A stretch of DNA of 64,000 bases. Origin: Epithemia pelagica (lineage: Eukaryota > Protista > Bacillariophyta). Shown piece by piece: positions 54,701 to 64,000 of this stretch (its first letter is position 1; every line of letters starts with the position of its first letter). The notes beneath the pieces were generated by a model. It made no database searches and had not been told where the DNA came from. It saw only the letters and a list, made by a program, of their open reading frames with translations. The position numbers and the translations under genes were made by a program. The stretch is taken from contig OX337232.1 of assembly GCA_946965045.2 (NCBI GenBank), forward strand, positions 558,001-622,000. The letters are read 5' to 3'.

Positions 54701-55515
54701 CGCACACACTCCACAGATAATTTGCATTCTCTACCGTGGACCGTGGGATCGATCACTCCCCGCATAGTTGTTTTCTTTAAGCCCTCATCGAGGAAATCGG
54801 CCCAACAATCAACAAACCTTGGCATGTCCTTGCACTGTTCCTTCGACGGTCCTTGAGTACGCTCCGCAAAATGGATCCAAGAAACCAAATCGGTGACACC
54901 TCCAAGATCCTGATGTGGAATCTTCATCACCCCTTTTGTCCATTTCTCCAACCGAAGATCCTCCAAAGGAGGACCAGACCATTTTCGACCACCTATCCAC
55001 ACCACTACTTGGACTGTCTCCAAGCTCCAAACTGGGTGTGATGGACCCGGTGACATACCCCCTTCAAAGAAGACAACATCAACTGGCGAGCGTCTATTCC
55101 ACTCCTGCGACTCCTGGAATTCAATTCGCTGTTTTTTCGAACCTCGGTTCTTCGTCAGTTTCTGCTCTAATGGTATCACCAGCTCTCGCCATTCAGATGC
55201 TCCAGTTTCGTCGCCAATGTCATCCACATCCAACACATCAATCCACATTACGCAGCCAAGCGATGTCACCGCCCAAAACCAAAAGGGGGTTCCAATACTG
55301 GCTATGCCTATTCGCCACTTTCCTTTCCCTACTCTCATCCGCCCAGTCTTCTGTTCCGCAACTCCAGTTAGCGACTCGTCACTTGCGTCGATCATTTCTA
55401 CTTTACGTTTCAACAACGAGCTCTTCGCTAACTTTCGGCTTTCCACATTCATTCTTTCGCCAACCTCCCGTCCTCGTTTCCTCTCTTTCTTCTGAGATAT
55501 TGCCACAACCTCCAA
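51685..55515 (-). CDS. Reverse transcriptase - RNase H polyprotein of the YR element
   Basis: DIRMVYDG, DNDFGEMFLNF, AMGLTTSPY, PYVDD; RNase H FGDASGEG, ELYNL, FTDNS, WVAG, DGLSRG. Confidence 0.92.
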   Translation of the reverse strand: MEVVAISQKKERKRGREVGERMNVESRKLAKSSLLKRKVEMIDASDESLTGVAEQKTGRMRVGKGKWRIGIASIGTPFWFWAVTSLGCVMWIDVLDVDDIGDETGASEWRELVIPLEQKLTKNRGSKKQRIEFQESQEWNRRSPVDVVFFEGGMSPGPSHPVWSLETVQVVVWIGGRKWSGPPLEDLRLEKWTKGVMKIPHQDLGGVTDLVSWIHFAERTQGPSKEQCKDMPRFVDCWADFLDEGLKKTTMRGVIDPTVHGRECKLSVECVRGARPSSMIVNRKLRWKIDRFIEHELPSVFASTGLVKRRLTPKEIAITMDFPAGLHKRGSDSELARWLDDVSVPFKVRVQVVNSLREWTRESKEGFTEDMKIRKDKGFLERNSLLKEEDECPDETRMTEDEIPLYSIPDSEEGGGSLNTEERREDRNLKATKSDDAKIPTYLWDNRICQKLGIQSEGKRLEVVDALNSIRKGALRYWKRRVCVDFWSWWKNQKFDDDEEEVQDRTIKAGLSALDHAARSSWWDWDMGSSPFFWRMPDLGWMTEMRDGVAPMWIGPTPAYRRRQHANPNEESKALEKKKLTKVRKRGYIAPTPGIKSLTSFFSVPKGEDDIRMVYDGTKSGLNAALFSPWFGLGNVNAMLRSMEGKTWSADNDFGEMFLNFWVHPELRCYTGIDITDLFPEELKERCGRTRIWEAWTRCAMGLTTSPYQTTQCAQRVKRIIFGDRSDPKNIFGWVDVRLNLPGNTDYDPSLPWISKINGNGDIAADVHPYVDDLRETAPSEEEAWLAASKMAKGAAFFGLQDAARKRREPSKSPGAWAGAIVETGNDGRVYKTVAQDRWNKTKAHVERLREWAESLERINRKELERIRGFLVYVSLTYDIMVPYLKGIHLTLESWRQDRDEEGWRLPEKDRRKRACEWKEKASEIPPDTVAKVPRYDGDIAALMELTKDKTPPRILARPLKGSKVAILFGDASGEGFGSSLWIYGSSTVETEHGLWTRAYGARSSNFRELYNLVLRLEALVDNGTIEHGSEVFMFTDNSTAFYRGTSSTKLLYELVLRTKRLEMRGCIFLRVVWVAGTRMIEQGTDGLSRGDLMTGVMAGSDMLLYVPLNKTVEERQSGVVDWITNKATTLSFWKTLSAQDWFDQAFEQGNFVWIPPPAIADVAVDQLCEARHVRTHSAHVFVCPALMSNRWRKKLGKVADFVFYIPVGCELWLKSQHEPLIVAFVCPFLSRKPWQVKQAKGLLDTVDGELSELWSSGTAVVGNLLRKLWTYTGHE

Positions 55516-55527
55516 CGGACTAACTTC

Positions 55528-58230
55528 TCACGACTTTTCTTTCTTGCTCGCCTTGTTAGTTGCCGACACCGCCGCATTAACCGAACGTTGCAACTTTTCC
55601 AACCGTTCTTCCAGACTTGACTTAAGTGTATCGAATTTCGAACGTGGCGTCGCAAAACGAATCAAGTGTTCGTGCAAAATGAGTGCTATCTTGGGATGGC
55701 CGCTGAATTCGGCAGCTCTGTACTCCTTCATCACGTCATGAGCTTTCAAGGTCCCCCACAACATGCCAGCTGGGGTATTTGATGCTCTACCTGGAGCACG
55801 AGCCTCTCTGAGGCTCTTGAACACGGCCCGCACACAATGCGAGATGAGGATCCAAACCTCCTGCTCGCTGGCTTCACTTTCGGCCTGGACCTGTTGATGG
55901 TATCGTACCATCCAGTGACAAAGGTCATCCCAAAAGGCCTTACTCAAATGCAACATTTCCTTGGCCACACTTGACGGCGCCGTTCCAAAGGCAAACAATG
56001 CACCAATTGCCTGCTCAAGAGTCTGCCTCCCATCCCGTACATGATCAAGGATCCGCTGATGGATTCCCTCGCGCCCGGACGGAGGGTGAAAGTCTTCAAA
56101 CTTCGGAACACCTCCCAGAGCTCGCAAGTTTGTGGTCTGACTCTGATCTGTCCCTTTGCCCAGCAAAGGAGGTACGTCTAAATTGAATGACGCAATGTAC
56201 GCCGTATGATAAGGGGTCTTATCTCTCACCTTTGCTGTTGTTGCGCGTTTGTTGGCCGCTCGATCTTCGTCCAAACTCATATCCGACGTCGCCAACGACA
56301 ACAACGAGACAGCGTCAACGAAAACATGCGGATCGCTTTCTGCGTGGTGCAAGGTAAGCCAAGACACACAGAAGGTACGAGATGGAAACACGATGGATCC
56401 CACCGTAATCGCCTCATTGTCTACTTGCTCCTGCAGATCACTAATACCCATTTTGACTTCCTGCAACTCTTCCTTCATTCGGCGCAGCTCGGCCATAGCA
56501 TCTGCGAGTGCTGAGCCGGTAGATCCTGTCAACAACCCGGTGGCTCCCGTTGGCGCACTTGCAGCCGCTCCAACTGAACCTCCTCCAGACATCCATCCAA
56601 AACTTCCAACCCCACTAGTCGACAATCCACCCGACGGCGCGGTTGAGGCCGAAGCGCCACCTCGCTCCATTGCATCCATTTGCGCTTGGAGATTCTCAAA
56701 CATCTGGGCCCATTTTCCTCCTGGGTCAGCATTGTTACTCGACGACCGAGACAAAAGAGTCAATGTAGGATTCACAAACTGTTGACGAAATTCGCTCTTG
56801 TCAGCGAAGAATTTGTCAAGCTCCCCCTGAACCATCGACTTCGAGGAACCCTGAACAACATCCATCTTGCGTTCCAGCCCCTCAACCTTAGCCAAGAGTG
56901 AAGCGTCCATCCTCTGGTGGCTCTGCTTCTGATTCAACAATTCTCGTAGTGTTTGTACAGTTTCAACACAGTGCTTGAGGACCGAGAACGCCGAATCTGT
57001 TCCAAATTCCGCAGGCCGTACCCCCAACAACGCATGCAACACAGACAGCTTTACGTTCAGCTGTTCAACCGCTTCCTCTTGCATTTCCTCCATTACCTTT
57101 CTCTTGTGGGACGCGCGTTGACAATCGGCTTTGAGATGGTTGACATTCTCTACCAAATTGCTCCACGCCCCACCTTGCAGGACCTTGACCAACGGTGTCG
57201 CTTGCTGTGAGCCAATGTCCAAAGGGACCTCTTTCCATGGAATCGACGAACGACCTGCCGGAGTACGAGGATGGCCTCCCTCCAGGATTTCCATTTCATC
57301 CTCACTATCACTATTAGACACTGTTTCGACCTTGACACGCTTGCTAGGTTTAGGTGTCATGGCTGCAAACTTGACTTCACCCTTCGTGTTTGCCATGACC
57401 TTGGCAGCAATTGTGGGATCCACACCCTCGCCTTCCTCAGATGCGACTTGACGTAAAGAGGCGAACGTGGCCTGCCAACTCTCGAGGGATCGCGGACTCA
57501 GTTCCATCTCACTCCAATCCAAATCACGGACACAAGCTCCCGGAAGAATGGGATGACTGAAAACCGTATCTGCGGTATCGGAATTCGTGGCCACACTACC
57601 GCCCCGAATAAAGATGCATGTGGCATCATCCCCCACCAAAGAAGCCCATTCTTGTTTCCGAGCCGAATGGGACGCAACCGAACAGTCCGAGCGAACACAC
57701 ACACGCTGCCCAGTGCCAATAATGCCCCTACATAACGACTCAAAACTAGATTGTTCGAAACGAACAACACCGAAGAGAGAACCCAAACGAAGGGTCCCCC
57801 CCCCGGTCACAATAGACTCACCTGACGACCCCACAGAGGGTGAAGAATCCGGAGTACTTCCCCACTCAAACTTCATGACGAACACGGACAAGGATGAGGT
57901 GGATGGCACGGTCGACAGGGAGAAAACAACAAAACCGAAGCGAAAGAAGCGAATACACAGAACCAATGGGTGATCAAATCCTTGAAGACTGTGCTCTTCT
58001 TCTTTCCAACAATTTATGATTGCTGAACTTTTGTTGGGACGGTCATAGGAATGACCGTCCCAACCACTTCTTGCTCTTGAGATCTCACTGGGATCGATGT
58101 CCTCTTCATCGTTCGTCCGTCGGTCCCTTCTTGACCGGGGCGGTACGATGCGGGGCTTGCTATTAAGTAAAAAGAAATCGTGTTTGACTTTGGAACTCCA
58201 ATGTCTTTGCTCGAACGAAGGGTACGACAT
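55528..58230 (-). CDS. Gag-like ORF1 of the YR element
   Basis: 900-aa ORF with a Cys/His motif (LCRG...VCVRSDCSVASH) and coiled-coil segments, ending 12 nt before the RT ORF. The real start is probably MKFEWG. Confidence 0.75.
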   Translation of the reverse strand: MSYPSFEQRHWSSKVKHDFFLLNSKPRIVPPRSRRDRRTNDEEDIDPSEISRARSGWDGHSYDRPNKSSAIINCWKEEEHSLQGFDHPLVLCIRFFRFGFVVFSLSTVPSTSSLSVFVMKFEWGSTPDSSPSVGSSGESIVTGGGTLRLGSLFGVVRFEQSSFESLCRGIIGTGQRVCVRSDCSVASHSARKQEWASLVGDDATCIFIRGGSVATNSDTADTVFSHPILPGACVRDLDWSEMELSPRSLESWQATFASLRQVASEEGEGVDPTIAAKVMANTKGEVKFAAMTPKPSKRVKVETVSNSDSEDEMEILEGGHPRTPAGRSSIPWKEVPLDIGSQQATPLVKVLQGGAWSNLVENVNHLKADCQRASHKRKVMEEMQEEAVEQLNVKLSVLHALLGVRPAEFGTDSAFSVLKHCVETVQTLRELLNQKQSHQRMDASLLAKVEGLERKMDVVQGSSKSMVQGELDKFFADKSEFRQQFVNPTLTLLSRSSSNNADPGGKWAQMFENLQAQMDAMERGGASASTAPSGGLSTSGVGSFGWMSGGGSVGAAASAPTGATGLLTGSTGSALADAMAELRRMKEELQEVKMGISDLQEQVDNEAITVGSIVFPSRTFCVSWLTLHHAESDPHVFVDAVSLLSLATSDMSLDEDRAANKRATTAKVRDKTPYHTAYIASFNLDVPPLLGKGTDQSQTTNLRALGGVPKFEDFHPPSGREGIHQRILDHVRDGRQTLEQAIGALFAFGTAPSSVAKEMLHLSKAFWDDLCHWMVRYHQQVQAESEASEQEVWILISHCVRAVFKSLREARAPGRASNTPAGMLWGTLKAHDVMKEYRAAEFSGHPKIALILHEHLIRFATPRSKFDTLKSSLEERLEKLQRSVNAAVSATNKASKKEKS

Positions 58231-58856
58231 TCCCTTGACGTAATCAGATGCACCAATCCGAACCTTCGCTGGTGCACCAATCCGAAGCTTTCTCGTGCAT
58301 TCGGCTCATAAAAGTTGCACATTTCCATCGGAAGGAAGGAAACCAACGACAGGTTTCGCAATGTGCTCTCAGTCGCACAGGGACGTCCCAGACCAATCAG
58401 TCGCAAAGACGGCCTCTAGCTAGAGCGCAAGAGAAGGAGAAGACATTTACCATCTACCAGTCCTAAACGAGCGCGGCGTCTGTTGTTTCCCACCTTCCTT
58501 TTACTCATCGACTGGTTAGTTGTAAAGGATACAGGTCAGGTGAGACACTTTTTGTTGTTGCTCTTTGATAAAGACGATGCTGTCTATCCAATTTTCGGAA
58601 AAGCTGTCTCAACGAAAAACAAGATACATAGGAGTAATGAATCCATTCTATCCTTTTCCGTCTCTTTTCGTTCATGTGCAAAGGAAAGAGAATTTTATTT
58701 CATTCCAAGCAAGAAATGGAAGAGTCTTCCGGTGAGGCTTAGTAACGCTATTTACGGTAGGTCTGTCGGTCTGTCCATCTAGATGGTCCGCTTTCCATGT
58801 TACAGTGTTCTACCCTGTGCTTGCACTCCTTCTTGTCAACGAATAAATAGTCGTCC

Positions 58857-60160
58857 ATGGCGGCCAACCTGCTTTCCTACAAAGATGAGGGGCTCCCTGT
58901 AATGGAAGTTTCCTCTACAAGCAATGGCAATGTGACGTTGAAGTGGGGCGAAGACGGGGCACAGCAAACAACCGCAAGTCTCTCCACCAGAGGTACGCTG
59001 GCCAACCGTATGAGCTTGCTGCCCTTGATTCCTCCGGAAATGAGCCTGTGTTCAAGACGTTCGGCAGTCTCTTGGGCTGCAATGGAGGAAGGATAACTCT
59101 GAGAGGATCCCGATATCAAATTCAGGTAGAGCAGCCGCATCCGACGCCGCTACCGCTGCAGCAAGATCCAAGTGCACAAAAAGAGAAGAAAAGCGCAGCC
59201 TCCTTGTGGTCTGTTGTGAAGGAGGCTGTCAAAGAAGCCTTTGAAGACGAGAAAACTGAAACAGCCATAATGTCGAAAGCGAAACAAGATTTTACGGATA
59301 ACCTGCTAACTGAGCTGGGCTATGCAATTTCCATGAAACCCAGAAGCGAAAAAGGGACTGTGCAACAGCACGAATTTCATTGGGAACCCAGTGAAGAGGA
59401 GAGGACGCCCGCTGCGGGGGAAAGACTCACCGCCCTAATGAAGCCACAAGACATGAAAAAGCCGCTCGAGATTGTCCCTGTGACCGGCTTCAAGCTTCGA
59501 GAAGTCAAGAAAGGAAAGAGAAAGGCAATAGGGGAAACGGACTTGAGGTTGGCTGTCCAGGGATGGACACCGCCGACCAGCAATGTATTTTCGGAGGCCA
59601 GAGGCCTTGTCGAATTGAAGGTCGAAACAAACCCCTTCTCCGAATCGCAATTGCACCTGGAGCTCGTGTCTGTTTCTATGATGTCCGTTTATGGGGAAGG
59701 AGTGGCACTTTTGGCTACTGACTGCCTTCTTCGATGGGGTATTTGGAGTTTTGAGAGTAAACACTCTATCAGAGGAGTGTGGTATCGAGACAGCACAGAG
59801 GCGCTAAAAGATTTCAAGGAGATGATGGAGACTGTAGAGGAACGACGTGACTTACTCCAACTTCCGACGATAAAGGAAGGTGGAGGAGCTGGTGGTGGAA
59901 GCGGAAGCGATAAACCGAATGATGGGAAACCGAGCGGCCCGAAGCCGAAGCAAGGTGGGAGCCCGAACGAGGCAGTTGCTGTGCGATATGAGCAGGACCT
60001 CACTGGCTTCGAAGAAGAAATCGGGACGTCCGAGCTTGAGGCATTCAAGCGAGAGCAGTTCTTGACTGCTTTTGCTACTGCTCTACGCCATGAGATTGGG
60101 GAGGAGTGCTCCGTGCCAGCTTGGGCTCGTGCACACAGGGTTGAGAGTGGGGAACCATGA
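58857..60160 (+). CDS. Crinkler-like protein with a C-terminal restriction-endonuclease-fold domain; N-terminus out of frame
   Basis: GETDLRL...GLVELK (PD-(D/E)xK-like), SQLHLELVSVS, ALLATDCLLRWGIW. ORF 58857-59096 and ORF 58943-60160 overlap with a -1 frame difference near G4 runs at 58945-58959; no phase-compatible intron was found. Confidence 0.55.
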
Positions 60161-60332
60161 CCCTTGACATGTAAATAGTGGGCCCTTGGCTCTCCAATCA
60201 ATAGGGCTTCTCTGTTGCACACACCACTGAGAGACTTCTTGAGAACCAGAGCGATGTGTGTCATCCGAGGTCTTTTGATGGTCAGAATTGTCTTACCAGA
60301 ATGACTGTAGATTTCGGATCATCATCATGTCC

Positions 60333-61777
60333 TTAGCATTGGCGACGAAGGGAACATTCTATCCGTGTGCGGAAACGACAAAGTTGCTTGACCAGAACCA
60401 AACGGTTTGGTTTCTTGGAATCGGTGGCGCCAAGCACGAATTTCGAACTCGAAGACGTGTCAGTGCTGTTCTCACTGCTATTCTCAATAGCCTCTGGAAT
60501 GGTGGGCATATCATCATCCTCCACGTGATGACGATGATGAGAATGTTCTCGATCCGCGTTTGGCAACCATTGCGGTTCCATCGGTTCAATTGCGATGCTC
60601 TCCACCTGGCTTTCTTCAATTTGCTGGACAATGGCGTGTGCAATGCTTTCTACCGTAATACTCTTTCGGAATTGTTTGGACAATTCTTTTGGCAAATTTG
60701 TCTTGTTCAGTTCCTCCATGATGTGGTGCATATCGTCGTGACTTACAGGTTTGCTGACCAATCGATTCCGTTCCGAAGGGGACAAGTGTTTACCAAAATA
60801 ATAGCTGTCTTGTTTACCATCCCAGGGCCGATACCAATCTAATCAAACAGAGAGGAGTGATTTGAGAAACAGCAGTGAGACGACAATGAAGCTCATGAAA
60901 CTGACTAGCGTGGGCGGTAATCTCACATACCTTGTCGTCCAATTTGATCGTTTCGTAAAAAGGCATGCATTACGTGGTCGCTGCTGGTAATCGCATCAAA
61001 AACTGGCAAGCCAGTCAATGCTCGCACAGCATCACTGTAGGGTGGAAGCTCCGTGCATTCAAAGAGAAAGGCTCGTGCTCGTGGATAATCTTTAAGTGCT
61101 TGTTGGCATTTTGCCAAAATACCAGGTGTTGCCCTTGGTACGTCCACTTGCAATCCATGTTCCACTTGGTAGCCAAAGTGGGGGACGTCTTCACAGCCCA
61201 CATAGACATAGTGCATATTATTTTGGCAAATACCACCCACCATGGTTTCAATCAAGGGTTGCATGGGCTTGAGGGAATGGACGTTGGCAGTCACAACAAT
61301 GACTTGTTCCGTCTCTCGGTTCAACGCACCGGAAATGGATGGCAATTGCTGGAGGGGTGACAAAAAAACGGGAAGCGAGGTCAATTTTCGTACTCGATCT
61401 TGGAACCACAACATGAATCCGCAATCTCCAGTAATGGCATTGACATCAGCCTCTTGATCCAACCATTGAATGGCTCGATCCAGTTCGACCGCCACTGCCA
61501 GAGTCAGTTGGCCCGACTGGGCCATTTGAAAGGTAAGACGAGGAACGACACGGTAAATGACGGGATAGTGGTAACTATCCGGGTGATCGACATCGCCCAC
61601 TGCAGCGGGATAATCGTAGTCCAAACGAATGACACCCAAGGTGGGATGTTCTGCGAGTCCTGGAACAAGCACGGGTGGCCAATCATTCTTGTCCGGAACG
61701 TGTGTTGGTTGTGAGGTCGCCGATGGAATCTTGTAGCTACTGGGCGTATTAGAATTGCGAATCAGAGATGCCGGCAT
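60333..61777 (-). CDS. Asp/Glu-racemase-fold protein; exons 61777-60931 and 60838-60333
   Basis: GVIRLDYDYP, GDVD, ITGDCGF and FECTELP keep two Cys at racemase-like positions. A phase-1 GT-AG intron joins GRQ-DWYRPWDGKQDSYYFG. Confidence 0.7.
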
Positions 61778-62436
61778 GTGTAGTTGGTGTATTAGTCAAG
61801 TATAAGGTTTGTAGTCTGATGAGAGAGAGTTTGTGTTGTTGTGAGACGAGGACGCAGGGAGAAAAATGTGGGATCGTCTTCAGCAGTATTTCCCAAGCAA
61901 CAATCGTCTGGCGCACGACTCTAGTAATCCACCTGCGCATCTTCCCGACACAAGACCAAAAGGCGGACGGCGTATTGTACACTACGGATGGCCTGAACGC
62001 TGGCCGACACCAAGCCCAACCGAAAAGCCTGGCATGCAATACGTGACAGCACGCGTCGAATCTGATTATTGGCGGCACATGATTGTTTATCTAGTTAACG
62101 GCAGTGATAAATAAATTACGGACGTACCATGTGCCTCGTCCATGCCCGGCGCGTTCGCGCTGACTCGTTACTAAATCCAATTAACGAAAGTACAATACAG
62201 TTGTCCGAATCTTCCGCTGATTTTGTATTAGATAGCAAAATTTTTTAATGTTGGCGACCGTTGCTCCAGTTTGGGGCTGTAAACAAGATCGAGCAACGGA
62301 TACCAAACCGTATCGGATGATCCATTCTCCCTCCAACCCGTCTCCGAACCTTCATTCTCTCGAAAGAAGAGTTGCAACCATTGCGGTCTCTATTCTCTAT
62401 CGAAAAGAAAATATCCTTCCTTCTGCAATATACACA

Positions 62437-63940
62437 ATGACTCGAAATATGGGAACGTGGATCATCTTGTTGATCCTTAGTGCTGTTAGTTCTGGTGTAT
62501 CGGCCTGGGATGTCTCGGCAAAGTCCACGGCAGGACGCCGCCTCTTGAAGAACGCGCAAAAGGTCGAGTACAACGAATCCGGAGACTTGGTAGTTGCCAA
62601 CAGAAGGCTAGAAGATCAACAACAAGCTGAGGATGATGATGATGACTCCTGGGTCGCCCACATGTCGTTGAAATTTGACGCCTGTTACAACACGGTCATT
62701 CTTTCCGAAAATGGAGGCCAAAATGGACAAAGTCCCATTGTCAATCAAGGTGTCGTCACCTTTCGCCTGTGCCAATCCTACAACTGCGACAAATGTTCGG
62801 AGGGTGGCATTTACGCCATTGATTTGGCTGAGTTTGTATCCGCCTACTCGGCTGCCAAGATGGAAGAAAACCAGTACACGTGCCAAAGTATGCTACAAAG
62901 CTGTGGCTGCTACAACGCAGATGACGAAGAAACCTGTGCCTACAAATGTTGGCAAAAGAATGGCCTAGAATATTGCTTCTACGACGATAATTTCCAATTT
63001 GAAAACTATTTGGAATGTGCACGTAAGTACTGCTTGAGATCTTTTTGTGGCATGACGAACTAGCCCTCGTGGTTGGTCCAAACTAATGTCTCAATCTTGT
63101 GATATTTTATTTGTTCCTACAGAAATGGAAGTCAATAACAACCAGAACAACAATAATCAAAATGGCAACTACTATTACCAATGGCAAAACAAAAATCAGG
63201 AAAACGACCAAAATGGTGCCTACAGTGGCTATCAAATCTATCCCAACTGGAATGGAAACTACTACGTGGGTCCCTACTGTGCCGCCGATGGAGAGTCCGT
63301 CTACTTGGGTGTCTTTTACGATGAAGGATGTTCCGTCAGTGCCGGAGACGGTGCCTATGCCACCATGAATTACGCCCAACTGCCCTATTCGGCTTCTTCC
63401 AAGGATGGTCCCATGGTCCCCTTGGATACTTGCATGTACTGTACCCAACGACAACAAAATGGTGGTGGCAACAACAACAACAACAATCGAGACAATAATA
63501 ATAATCAAGCTCAAGTATCCGAATTTTGTGCCGCCGTCTATGAAGATGCCGCCAAGTGCAACGCTAATGACAGCCAGGGCTGCCATTACATTAAAAAGTT
63601 TTTGCCCAAATTGAATGGTATTCGCTACGTTCGGTACATTGGTGCGCCCAACAACAACGTTCCCTTGGTTTTTGCCATTTTGTTTCTCTTGTCAACCGTT
63701 ACCTTTGGTGGATATTCCTTTTATCTCTATGCCAAGATTAAACGCGGAGAAGTGGAAATTTACGATGAAGATGACGAAGAGCCGCAAGCACAACCAAACG
63801 ACGGTACACCGGTCGTGACGGGACAAGAAAATACATTTGTCCCTCCCACACCCGTCGAACCGGCAGCCCCAGAGGAAGCTGCTGCAGATGTGCCTCCATC
63901 CGAATCACCACAAGAAACTACTGAAGCCAAGATTGTCTAA
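62437..63940 (+). CDS. Silicanin-1 (Sin1)-like type-I membrane protein; exons 62437-63022 and 63123-63940
   Basis: Signal peptide, two RRL motifs, SLKFDAC, TFRLC, DLAEFVSAY, FENYLEC, N/Q-rich inserts, YYVGPYC, LGVFYDEGC; one TM (VFAILFLLSTVTFGGYSFYL) and a cytosolic tail. Confidence 0.88.
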
Positions 63941-64000
63941 AATGCTCCCACAAGAAGCGGACAGTCCTCGGCGTTCTCGCAGAGTATGGGATGGTGGTGA

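Larger units (their letters stand above)
50277..58230 (-). mobile_element. Tyrosine-recombinase retrotransposon (DIRS/Ngaro-like); termini not resolved
   Basis: Three tightly packed ORFs: gag-like, RT/RNaseH, then an overlapping tyrosine recombinase. No terminal repeats could be found by eye. Confidence 0.9.

Overview
This is eukaryotic genomic DNA with GT-AG introns, most likely from a (pennate) diatom. That call rests on a CoDi-type copia element, a silicanin-1 homolog, RXL-processed Lys-rich secreted proteins, an aminopropyltransferase-SET fusion and an HSF. No rRNA, tRNA or CRISPR array was seen. The window holds two large retrotransposons: a complete 10.3 kb Ty1/Copia element (9253-19574; 716-bp LTRs with non-canonical AGTT...AACT ends, ATAAC target-site duplication, three coding lesions) and a tyrosine-recombinase (DIRS/Ngaro-like) element (ORFs 50277-58230) whose RT ORF starts with what looks like a decayed C5-methyltransferase domain. 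Host genes include an ankyrin/UIM protein, a secreted PSxxPS protein, a coiled-coil polyQ protein, a class-III aminotransferase (ETNPPL/PHYKPL-like), two KGKGY-repeat secreted paralogs, a histidine phosphatase, a SMARCAL1-like SNF2 helicase, an OMA1-like M48 peptidase, an HSF, a Crinkler-like REase protein, an Asp/Glu-racemase-fold protein and a Sin1-like protein. The most novel-looking signal is missed by the ORF track. It is a family of five two-exon genes for ~100-125 aa tail-anchored proteins whose pre-membrane stalk has expanded independently in 11- or 21-residue units. Most copies sit in a repeated cassette with a degenerate GC-donor paralog, and one copy is bracketed by two fold-back duplications. 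There is also a spacerless 122-bp nested (T-shaped) palindrome and a 41-bp-stem hairpin at 8.6-9.0 kb. All alignments and counts were done by eye; no database search was run.
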